Shown: positions 1-8,707 of the stretch, in pieces | Layout of the letters: every line of letters starts with the position of its first letter | How positions within the stretch are numbered: position 1 is the first letter of the stretch | Assembly (NCBI GenBank): GCA_029762535.1 | Contig: JARVGK010000004.1 | Coordinates: 1-64,000, forward strand | Direction of reading: 5' to 3' | DNA: 64,000 bases | DNA from: Thermoplasmatota archaeon | Lineage (GTDB): Archaea > Thermoplasmatota > Penumbrarchaeia > Penumbrarchaeales > Penumbrarchaeaceae | Program-made: the position numbers and the translations under genes | The notes under the pieces: generated by a model | Databases searched by the model: none | What the model saw: only the letters and a program-made list of their open reading frames with translations | What the model was told of the DNA's origin: nothing

Positions 1-272
1 GTTAGTCTATTCCATTGGTCAGTATAAGATTCGTACTGCATTAAACGTATTGAATCAAACGATACTAAACCAAGTTAAAAAGCCTACTCAGAAACCTACA
101 TTAAGATGGGTGTTTCAGATTTTTGAAGGATTGCATTTAGTAACATATGAAGAGAATTCAGAGGTAAAGTATCAAATATCGAACTTGAAGGAGAAGCATG
201 TACAGATAATCAAACTATTGGGGCCAACCTTTGAAAAAACATATTTGCTTTCTTAGAGGTGCGGAATGTGGG
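1..272 (+). mobile_element. Right end of IS1634-type insertion sequence; putative terminal inverted repeat TGCGGAATGTGGG at 260-272
   Basis: Transposase stop at 256 is followed directly by TGCGGAATGTGGG, a terminus I recognise from IS1634 elements; left end is outside the window. Confidence 0.7.
2..256 (+). CDS. IS1634-family transposase, C-terminal part (begins before window)
   Basis: Frame is open from nt 2 (LVYSIGQYKIRTAL...); NQVKKPTQKPTLRWVFQIFEG is the characteristic IS1634 transposase C-terminus. Confidence 0.85.
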   Translation, partial: LVYSIGQYKIRTALNVLNQTILNQVKKPTQKPTLRWVFQIFEGLHLVTYEENSEVKYQISNLKEKHVQIIKLLGPTFEKTYLLS

Positions 273-576
273 TTATCAGACATCATATCTATTTAGAATA
301 CAAATGTGGATGGCGAATACCTTAACATATAATGGGCATATGTTTTCTGCGAGCTAAGGGAACTATATCAAAACTTATTAAAAATATAGGAGATAAAGTT
401 TTATAAAAAAGGACTTTATGGAACTAATTAACGTAAATATCCAAATAAAATGTATAATCATAATATTCATGTCTTTTTGATCATTATAATAAATTCACAA
501 TAAAAATACCATATTTGAAAAATTCATATCCATTGTTCATAATAGAAACCCCAATCTTTAATGTTATCATGAATTA

Positions 577-1500
577 TCAAAACTCACCCTTGCGATAGAG
601 TGGAAAATAACTGCTATTTTTATCTGTCATTTTAATGCAAAGTCTATCATATTCCTTTCTATTGAATACATGTCCGCAAAAATAGACCGGCCTCTTTTCC
701 GTTGCCCACCCCTCCTTGAACTTTATCAGACCATGGTCGTCATCTTTCAATCCTGCACCTCCGCCGATATCAAGGCATGTTAAACCTTGGACCTTGAAAT
801 GTTCTATCGCATACCATCGAAGGGCATATGATGCTGACATCCTGTATCCCATATCGTTATAGGCGCTCATGTGAGTATAACCGAAGTTACCATTCACATA
901 CCATATATTCACTCCTACCGTTTCACCCCTAATTTTCGCCCTGAATACGTGGATTCCCTCGACCTCAAACTGCTTGGAATGAGATCTTCTCGAGAATGCC
1001 TTGATACCTTGTATATCATGCCTTTTCAAGAGGTGTGAATAGAGCTCGATCCATTCTTCAAATATTTCATTGGGATCATCGATCCTCTCCACTTCGACCA
1101 TTTGTAAAGCTTTCCTTGCTCTTTCGCGATGATGTTTGGAGACTATTCGTTCCATGGACAGAGATGTATCTATCAGATAATGTGTTTTGAACGGCTTCAC
1201 GATCTCATTGAATGTATCTTTGAGTGATTCTTCGCTGTAATTCCCGAAAACATCCGTCACAAGGAACAAGGATACGTACTTTTCCTCATCGAAATTTTGA
1301 ATATCAAATTTAAGATCCTCCCATTTCTTACAGCAGAAGATCGGATAACAGCCCATCACATCATAATGTTCAGACCCGGGAATGGAGCGTTCTATCGCAT
1401 AACCCCGACAATGGTCAAGATAACGAACAATTCCATGTTCCTCGAAGGATTCGGCATATTTTGGATCGTAATACCCTTTCATTTCATAACTCCAGGACAT
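577..1500 (-). CDS. GNAT-fold / FemAB-like acyl- or aminoacyl-transferase (glycan tailoring)
   Basis: 307 aa; SKHHRERARKA helix, ASYALRWYAIEHF and LDIGGGAG...GLIKFKEGW motifs typical of FemAB-related GNATs in polysaccharide loci. Confidence 0.7.
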   Translation of the reverse strand: MSWSYEMKGYYDPKYAESFEEHGIVRYLDHCRGYAIERSIPGSEHYDVMGCYPIFCCKKWEDLKFDIQNFDEEKYVSLFLVTDVFGNYSEESLKDTFNEIVKPFKTHYLIDTSLSMERIVSKHHRERARKALQMVEVERIDDPNEIFEEWIELYSHLLKRHDIQGIKAFSRRSHSKQFEVEGIHVFRAKIRGETVGVNIWYVNGNFGYTHMSAYNDMGYRMSASYALRWYAIEHFKVQGLTCLDIGGGAGLKDDDHGLIKFKEGWATEKRPVYFCGHVFNRKEYDRLCIKMTDKNSSYFPLYRKGEF

Positions 1501-1523
1501 CCTTTGATGCGTTTATGCATGAT

Positions 1524-2420
1524 CTAACCCCAATCATACCTCTTACCAAGTAATCTGAACAAGTCCTCATTATACGGATCGTAGAATTCCCTGAGAATAT
1601 CTCTTGAGACCTCGTCCATCCTCTTTCCGCCGTATTCGCTGCGATGAGCATCCTTGAGATCGACGCTCTTGAAATCGAATCTTGGTATTTCGAGAAAATC
1701 CGTTATTATATCAAGCGTTTCCAGCTTATTTTTCTTCAGTTCGGAACTCTCTATGATCAATAACTGTTCTTTAGGAAAGAACCTGTAATAGTTTTTGATC
1801 TGCTCCGCATACATCCCCCTTCTCACAAAACTGGGAGCATATCTGAACTCACCCCTTTTTATAGAGGAGATCTCCTCATTGATATAATCGTTGAAATTCA
1901 TATACATATCGGCATTGAGGAATTCCCTCATCTTCATTGATCCATCAGAACCGTACTTCTCGATCAAACCGACTATGAGCCTATCCTTGTCATGACCGTC
2001 CGTTCTGTTGTAATACTTGATGAAGTGATTCCACTCTGAATAGGCCCTATCCACCGGATTTCTTAATAACAGTATCAACTTTATATTCTCGTTGAACTTA
2101 TGGATTCTCTCTGCAGTTTCCGGTATGAAAATATATTCGGGGGTTTTTTCGAATATTTTATATTTCCTTGAGAATCTTATCGGGAAGAACTGTCGGTAAT
2201 AATCCAGACCCTTGAAATAATTATTATTTGAAAAAAAACTCACCTCTTTTCTTGCTGAACGAAGAAGAGGATGCTGATCAAGATAGTATTTGAGAGATAC
2301 GGTCCCTGCCTTCTGGGCCCCTATTATCAGAAAATCTGGAGAATTATCCATTCCCAAACTGATGAGCATTTTCTTTATCCCAATGTATCCTGCATTTTTT
2401 ATTTTGTCTAACGTCATCAT
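1524..2420 (-). CDS. PAPS-dependent sulfotransferase (heparan-sulfate sulfotransferase-like)
   Basis: 5'-PSB loop PDFLIIGAQKAGTVSL, EKTPEY, 3'-PB LLRNPVDRAYSEW, C-terminal FYDPYNEDL...W; start moved to ATG 2420 (GAGTGA upstream, avoids overlap with next gene). Confidence 0.9.
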   Translation of the reverse strand: MMTLDKIKNAGYIGIKKMLISLGMDNSPDFLIIGAQKAGTVSLKYYLDQHPLLRSARKEVSFFSNNNYFKGLDYYRQFFPIRFSRKYKIFEKTPEYIFIPETAERIHKFNENIKLILLLRNPVDRAYSEWNHFIKYYNRTDGHDKDRLIVGLIEKYGSDGSMKMREFLNADMYMNFNDYINEEISSIKRGEFRYAPSFVRRGMYAEQIKNYYRFFPKEQLLIIESSELKKNKLETLDIITDFLEIPRFDFKSVDLKDAHRSEYGGKRMDEVSRDILREFYDPYNEDLFRLLGKRYDWG

Positions 2421-2452
2421 TTCACTCAACTTAAAAATGAGAAAAGAATATT

Positions 2453-3106
2453 TTACTTTTCCAAAAAATTGATCCTTGCATCCTTCATCCCCTTGCAACC
2501 GGACATGTATATGTCCCCTTTTTTCGATTCCTCGATCAATCTTCTTTTGACTTCCGGATCGATCCCCTCCGGTTTCATGACCTCATTGCCATCTATTGTA
2601 AAACTATTCTTGATCCTCTCTTTATGATATTCCAAATATTTATCAAAGGTAGAATAAAACCTTGCGGGGACTCCAACAACACATGAATTAGGAGGTATAT
2701 CTTTATTGACCAGAGAACCTGAAGCTACAACAACATTCGGTCCGATGGTCACCCCGGGAAGAACGATCACATCAGTTCCGATTATGCAATTCTCTTTTAT
2801 ATGTACCCTCCCCAATCTTCCCCACCCTTCAAGGTGAGGAAAGGTGGAGGCATCATGAGCAAGTATCTTCGCATCACGGCTGATTATGGTATTATCTCCT
2901 ATCTCTATCAAATAACAATAATGTGGATCGATCTTAGCTTCAGGATGTATCAGTACATTCTTTCCGACCCTCATGCCATCCTTGATCATCTTTTCTATCT
3001 TTCCCTTGTGGTCGGTCATCAGTCCCAGTGACATTAAAACCTTTTTTTTCAAATTCAAGAAACCGATGATGATACTTCTTAATATCCTTCTGATCAAAGA
3101 AAACAC
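2453..3106 (-). CDS. Hexapeptide-repeat (left-handed beta-helix) O/N-acyltransferase
   Basis: IEIGDNTII, ILAHD, IKENCIIG, ILPGV-like VLPGVTIGPNVVVASGSLV, GVPAR. Confidence 0.85.
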   Translation of the reverse strand: MFSLIRRILRSIIIGFLNLKKKVLMSLGLMTDHKGKIEKMIKDGMRVGKNVLIHPEAKIDPHYCYLIEIGDNTIISRDAKILAHDASTFPHLEGWGRLGRVHIKENCIIGTDVIVLPGVTIGPNVVVASGSLVNKDIPPNSCVVGVPARFYSTFDKYLEYHKERIKNSFTIDGNEVMKPEGIDPEVKRRLIEESKKGDIYMSGCKGMKDARINFLEK

Positions 3107-3496
3107 CTTGGGATCTTATCACTAAAAAAAAAGGTAAAAACACTACTTAAATACAGTAAAATAACATATCGAGTATTTTCTCTTCCAAAGTGCGATCCAG
3201 CGGACATACCATTGTAGCTCATCTTATCATACTTCTTTTCCTTGATCGTAGTAGCATTATTACCATATAAAAGGCTTTCCAGAAGGTTGAGGAAAGAAAG
3301 AAAAAACGCATCATCCATCTGTTTCGCAATCATTTTCTTTTTTAGGGAAATGCCCAAACGGGTTACAATCAATTTTTATCGTCTCTTTTCTTGCCGGATC
3401 GAATTTGTTTTCTTCCTTCATAATGATCGGATGAGACAACATCTGATACGTTTTATACATGGCCCCTTATTATCAAAAGGTCGGATCATTGGATCA

Positions 3497-5611
3497 TCAA
3501 TCCAGGATCACCTTCATGGTTCTGACATGCTCCATCAGATCGTTCTTCCCATTTCTGATGTCCTTAATGAAATGTATGATCTCATCACGATGGCCCTTGT
3601 CCGTTTTTAACAGGTCCTTGTGCTTTTTCGTTCTACCATTCCGGATCAGTTCAAGCTGCCTGAAATCGGTCATTCTGGCCATGGCGTTCTCGCAGTAGAT
3701 CTCCGCGAACTCCTTGGAGGTCGATGATTCACCAACTGTATTATATACGATACTGGCAAGGGATCCGTCCCCCATCTTGAGGGTCATGGCTATGTTCTCT
3801 TTTGATTCCTTAACGGATAGAGCTGGATGGTCCACCTTGAAATAGTGATGATCGATTATGGGAGAACCTATCATGTACTGACAGAAATCCACGAAGTGAC
3901 AGAGTTCGGAAACATATCTGGATCCCCCTTCTCGATCCTCGTAGACCCAGCTGTTCGATGGCATCTTGCCGGCGTTGACCCGGTAGAATATCATCATCGG
4001 ACCTTTTCTGTCCTTGAAGAAATCCCTCATTCTGAGTGTAAGAGGAGCGTATCTTCTATTGTAACCCACCTGGAGGATGACATCGGGATTCTTCTTGTGT
4101 GCCTTTTCGATCCCCTTAAGCTCCTCGATGCTCAATGCCAGAGGCTTTTCGACGAAGACATGCTTTCCAGCCTCTATCGCCTCTATGGCCATCTTCGCAT
4201 GTGTGGAATTTCGGGTCGTGATAACTATGGCATCTATGTCCTTGTCCTTCAATAGCTCTCTGTGATCGGATGTGACATAACGGAAACCATGTACCTTTGC
4301 CGTGGATTTTGAGCTGGCGCCGGATCCCACTGACAAACCGACAAGGGAGATCCCATCCATGCCCTTGATGGCCGGAAGCAGCGTCGTTGTGGCGAAGGAT
4401 CCCGCTCCGATCCAGCCGATGTTGACATCCCCTTTATGTGTCTTCTTCTTGGTACCCTCGACCTCGAACTTCTTACTGGGATCCTTTTTGGTATCGTATG
4501 TGAGAACTATTCCCATGTAGGGCTTCTTGGTCTTTGAGCTTATCAGTTCATAGGCATCTGCGGCCTTTTCTATATGGAACTCATGGCTGATTAGATAATC
4601 CAGAACGATCTTTTTCTGGGATAGCAATTTGAGGAATGATTCCATGTTCCTCTTTTCCGTCCAGCGTATGTAGCCGATCGGATAATCATGCCCCATCTCC
4701 TCGTATTCAGGATCATATCTTCCCGGACCATAGGAACAAGATATTACGAATTCAAGCTCCTTGGGGTAATAGATATCTCTGGGTATCTCCATACCGGAAA
4801 GGCCTACCAGAACCACTCTCCCCTTTTTTCTTGATATCTTCCCGGCAAGCTCCAGTGGCTCGTTCGATCTCGTTGCGGCTGTGATGATTACGGAATCGAA
4901 CCCGACACCCTCGGTGAAGGATTCTGCCTGAGACTCTATGTTCTCGGCAGAGGCTGAGCATCCATCGTCAAGGCCCAGTTTTTTCCCGAGTTCTATCTTT
5001 TTCGTATCTATCTCTATTCCGAATACCTCGCATCCGGACGCTTTAAGGATCTGGACGGTCAATTGACCTATGAGTCCCAGGCCTATCACTGCGACCTTTT
5101 CACCCACCCTCACATCGGCATTCCTGACGCCCTGCATCGCGATGGATCCAAGCGTGGTGAAAGATGCATCACGAAGGCTTACATCATCTGGAACCTTCAC
5201 ACACAGGTTCTTCGGGACGAACACCATGTCGGCATGATTTGCATATCCTACGCCGCCGCAAGCGACCCGGTCGCCCTTGTTGAAAGGTGAATTCTCTGAT
5301 GTTTTAGTGACGATCCCTGCACATGAATACCCCATAGGCTCGGGCTTGTCCAACCTGCCGGTTACGGCCTTGTAAGCTGTGATCGGACCCTGTTTTTTCG
5401 CAAGCTCGACAACTTTCATGAACATGTCGGGTTTCTGCCTGGCTTTGCCGATATACGAGGATCCGGCAAGATTTATGAGCATGCTTTCGGTCCCGGCGCT
5501 GATTACGGAGAAATGGTTCTCGACGATCACTCCCTCCCCTTTCATCACCGGAGGAGGCACATCATCAACGATGACCTCGCCTGATCTGAGATTAACCAAA
5601 GCCTGTTTCAT
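3497..5611 (-). CDS. Bi-domain oxidoreductase (Zn-alcohol-dehydrogenase-like + Gfo/Idh/MocA) of sugar-nucleotide biosynthesis
   Basis: ISAGTE, GYSCAG, GLGLIG, SYGPGRYDPEYEE...RWTEKRN; second domain GWIGAGSF, HVFVEKPL, VGYNRR. Confidence 0.9.
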   Translation of the reverse strand: MKQALVNLRSGEVIVDDVPPPVMKGEGVIVENHFSVISAGTESMLINLAGSSYIGKARQKPDMFMKVVELAKKQGPITAYKAVTGRLDKPEPMGYSCAGIVTKTSENSPFNKGDRVACGGVGYANHADMVFVPKNLCVKVPDDVSLRDASFTTLGSIAMQGVRNADVRVGEKVAVIGLGLIGQLTVQILKASGCEVFGIEIDTKKIELGKKLGLDDGCSASAENIESQAESFTEGVGFDSVIITAATRSNEPLELAGKISRKKGRVVLVGLSGMEIPRDIYYPKELEFVISCSYGPGRYDPEYEEMGHDYPIGYIRWTEKRNMESFLKLLSQKKIVLDYLISHEFHIEKAADAYELISSKTKKPYMGIVLTYDTKKDPSKKFEVEGTKKKTHKGDVNIGWIGAGSFATTTLLPAIKGMDGISLVGLSVGSGASSKSTAKVHGFRYVTSDHRELLKDKDIDAIVITTRNSTHAKMAIEAIEAGKHVFVEKPLALSIEELKGIEKAHKKNPDVILQVGYNRRYAPLTLRMRDFFKDRKGPMMIFYRVNAGKMPSNSWVYEDREGGSRYVSELCHFVDFCQYMIGSPIIDHHYFKVDHPALSVKESKENIAMTLKMGDGSLASIVYNTVGESSTSKEFAEIYCENAMARMTDFRQLELIRNGRTKKHKDLLKTDKGHRDEIIHFIKDIRNGKNDLMEHVRTMKVILD

Positions 5612-5660
5612 CTTGAGACCTGCCGTTTACTATCTTTGAACGTTGGATGTTACTTCAATG

Positions 5661-6908
5661 TTATGGACATGAGATGTTGTTACCATTGCCGAGCACCTTG
5701 ACGTTGAATCCCGCCTTCATCCATGCAGCGTGATCGAGGACGTTCCTGGTGTCGATGATGTTCTTGTGCCTCACGAGGAGTTTTCTGGGATCCAGTTCCT
5801 TGAACGCATCATGGTCGGTAATCAGGACCAGACAATCAGAATCCTCTATCGCCCTGTTGAGGTCCAGGATATTGTTGGGATCCCCCTCTATCAAAGGATC
5901 GTGGAACACCACATCGATCCCCTCGTTCTCGGCGACCGAAGCTACCCTGAAAGCGGGGCTTTCTCTGACGTCATCCACATTCGCCTTATAAGCAAGGCCG
6001 AGTATCGTTATCTTGGGATCCTCTATTCCGTGTATCATGTCCTTGATGTGTTTTAAGACGTGGATCGCCATGAAATCGTTGATCTCCCTTGCTACGTTGA
6101 TGATCTTGGACTTGGTCGATTTCACCACCATGAACCACGGATCTATGGCTATGCAATGGCCGCCGACTCCGGGACCGGGTTTGAGGATATTCACTCTTGG
6201 GTGTTTGTTCGCAAGTTCTATCGCTTCCCAGACGTTGACCCCGATGTCCTCGCTGATGAGAGCGAACTCGTTCGCTAGGGCGATGTTGATGTCCCTGAAA
6301 GTGTTCTCCATGAGCTTGACGAATTCAGCGGTGGTCACATCAGTCAGGAACAGGTTCCCTTCGATGAAAGTTGAGTAGAGATCATGTGCCCTCTTTGCGG
6401 ATGCTTCATCCATACCACCGATTATACGATCGTTTTTCACCATCTCCGTTAAGGTCTTTCCCGGTATGGCCCTCTCCGGACAGTGTGCGTATGAGAATCT
6501 TTTCACGCCTGTCCTTTTGAGTATCGGGATCACGAAGTTCCTGGAGGTTCCCGGCTGCACGGTGGATTCCAGAATGACCATGTCCCCCTCCTTGAGAACA
6601 GTGGCTATTGATTTTGCCGCGGCCTTGACGGCCTTGAGGTCCGCCATCTTCATCTCCCGGTCTAGCGGTGTCGGAACGGCGATGATGTAGACATCGCAAT
6701 GTTCGAGAGTCAAGGAGGCCCGGAAGTTATCCTTTGCCTCCATGAATAGCTTTTCCAGACCCGGTTCATCAAAGGGCATTATGCCCGCGTTCAGCTTTTC
6801 GATCACATCCTCTTTGATATCCACTCCGAGGACGCAATTTCCGTTCCTGGCCAGTATCAATGCGTTGGGAAGTCCGATATATCCTAAGCCTATCATTGCG
6901 ATATTCAT
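5661..6908 (-). CDS. wecC: UDP-N-acetyl-D-mannosamine dehydrogenase-like nucleotide-sugar dehydrogenase
   Basis: GLGYIGLP, AVPTP, LEST, HCPER, KLMENTFRDINIALANE, PGPGVGGHCIAIDPWF, GLAYKANVDDVRESP. Confidence 0.85.
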   Translation of the reverse strand: MNIAMIGLGYIGLPNALILARNGNCVLGVDIKEDVIEKLNAGIMPFDEPGLEKLFMEAKDNFRASLTLEHCDVYIIAVPTPLDREMKMADLKAVKAAAKSIATVLKEGDMVILESTVQPGTSRNFVIPILKRTGVKRFSYAHCPERAIPGKTLTEMVKNDRIIGGMDEASAKRAHDLYSTFIEGNLFLTDVTTAEFVKLMENTFRDINIALANEFALISEDIGVNVWEAIELANKHPRVNILKPGPGVGGHCIAIDPWFMVVKSTKSKIINVAREINDFMAIHVLKHIKDMIHGIEDPKITILGLAYKANVDDVRESPAFRVASVAENEGIDVVFHDPLIEGDPNNILDLNRAIEDSDCLVLITDHDAFKELDPRKLLVRHKNIIDTRNVLDHAAWMKAGFNVKVLGNGNNISCP

Positions 6909-7229
6909 ATCTTTGCACCTCAGATAACTATGAACGAAATACTAATCATGTAAAATATGGTATTGATGGATATGATCGATGGTAGATGTGTTATCATTCT
7001 TCGACCATGGAGCGCTTTTTACTCTCATTTCTATGATTATCCGAAAACGGGTTGAATAGGATATTGATATGGAGAGATGATAGCGGGTCTTCCCTATCCT
7101 TTTTCGGTTTTGACTCGTCCCCGGTCATGTTATCGATGTATGAGCCCGCTTGCAGACTTATAAAGACCGCTGTATTATTCTTAGTTCAGGAGAAAAACTG
7201 CCTGGACAAGGTATATATGCCACTTTTGT

Positions 7230-8636
7230 TTGTATGAGAGAACAATGAGGTTGATGAATAACCGGTATTATCTTGACCTTCTACTTGCATTCGTCATTTC
7301 CTCGCTATTCTACCTACTTTTCTTCTTCATGCCGGGATCGAAGCTCATGAGGGCAGTGCTTGGTATCCCCTTCCTGTTCTTCATCCCAGGGTATATGATA
7401 ACAGCGCTTCTCTTCCCTCCTGTACAAGAGGATGAGGACGAGGAGGAGGATCCTCCGCCAGTGAAGAGGTCCAGATTTGGATTCAAGTTCTCAAAGAAGG
7501 AGGAAGGATCCGATGAGGAAAAGATCGAAAGGGGTGTGGATTGGCCTATCAGGATCGCGCTCTCGGTGGGGATATCTTTAGGAGTGGTCGGTATAGTCTC
7601 ATGGATACTCAACGATCTATACCCCATAAATCCTGAGTTCTTCGGTGTCAGGTCCGACAGGATGGTCCTCATCATCTACATCCTTTCAGTGGTTTGTGCT
7701 GGAGGCGCCATCATACGCAGGTCAAGGCTTGACCCCGAAATGCAGGAGAAGTTCAGGATCCCATCGATCAGGCTCTTCGAGAACGATCCCAGGGACATAA
7801 TCATCACAAGTACATTGATACTGATACTTATCGGTGCCATCGGTTACGGCGTTTATCTGAGGCAGCATCATCATCCTGCAAGCGATCGCTACACGGAGCT
7901 GTATATCCTCGGCCCCGATCAGAAGATAGAGGGTTATCCAAGCATTGTTATGATCGATGAATTAAGGACGTTGTATCTGGGACTTGCAAATCACGAGTTC
8001 GAGAGCCGGGATTATGATATCGTCATGTCCCTCGATTACCAGGGATTCGACATAAGGATCGATGATCTGAGCGATCTCAGGATGAACCGTTCCGTCAAAT
8101 ACCTTTTCAACATAAGCTTAGGGCACGGTCATAGGTTTGAAGAACCCATTTCATTTTTCTTCGACACACAGGGCCAGTATCTGTTCTCCATAATGGTCCT
8201 GGACAAGGATGGAAGTAAATACAGGGAGGTCAAGCTCGATATCACGGCTCTTGAACCTTCTAACATGATACGATCCGATGATATGATAATGTATCTGGCT
8301 GATGAGTATGGGATCCCATCGGATCTGCCCGCGACCCACTGGAACGAGAATATCCTATCCTTCAAGCTTGTCATTGTGAACAATGACCTATCCGATCCTA
8401 TCAATACCAATGTTACCTTGAACTATGGAACTCGAACTTTCTATGAACTCATAGAGCCGTTCTCCGTCCATGCCTTGAATTCGAGCACTGTACTTTATTC
8501 GACATATGAAATACCTGCCCAATCAAGATATTCATATCACTTCAGCATTATTCTCCCTAAAGGTAACTTCGATATGATAATTCAGCTCAACAGGGACGAT
8601 CTTACCACATTCCATAGGGGCATAAGGGTCCAATAA
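7230..8636 (+). CDS. DUF1616-family membrane protein with extended extracellular C-terminus (true start probably ATG 7245 or 7254)
   Basis: R..LGIPFLFFIPGY...ALLFP, RIALSVGISL, and YTELYILGPDQKIEGYP signature after about 5 TM helices. Confidence 0.75.
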   Translation: MYERTMRLMNNRYYLDLLLAFVISSLFYLLFFFMPGSKLMRAVLGIPFLFFIPGYMITALLFPPVQEDEDEEEDPPPVKRSRFGFKFSKKEEGSDEEKIERGVDWPIRIALSVGISLGVVGIVSWILNDLYPINPEFFGVRSDRMVLIIYILSVVCAGGAIIRRSRLDPEMQEKFRIPSIRLFENDPRDIIITSTLILILIGAIGYGVYLRQHHHPASDRYTELYILGPDQKIEGYPSIVMIDELRTLYLGLANHEFESRDYDIVMSLDYQGFDIRIDDLSDLRMNRSVKYLFNISLGHGHRFEEPISFFFDTQGQYLFSIMVLDKDGSKYREVKLDITALEPSNMIRSDDMIMYLADEYGIPSDLPATHWNENILSFKLVIVNNDLSDPINTNVTLNYGTRTFYELIEPFSVHALNSSTVLYSTYEIPAQSRYSYHFSIILPKGNFDMIIQLNRDDLTTFHRGIRVQ

Positions 8637-8707
8637 GAACATGTACAAGTATCACCGAAAAACTATTTTTAATAAGAAGCTCATGTTTCTAACTCAAAGG
8701 TGCGAAA

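Noticed and set aside
3094-3496. 92-aa and 122-aa ORFs in the gap between acyltransferase and oxidoreductase
   Set aside because: AT-rich low-complexity sequence, overlaps with neighbours, no motifs
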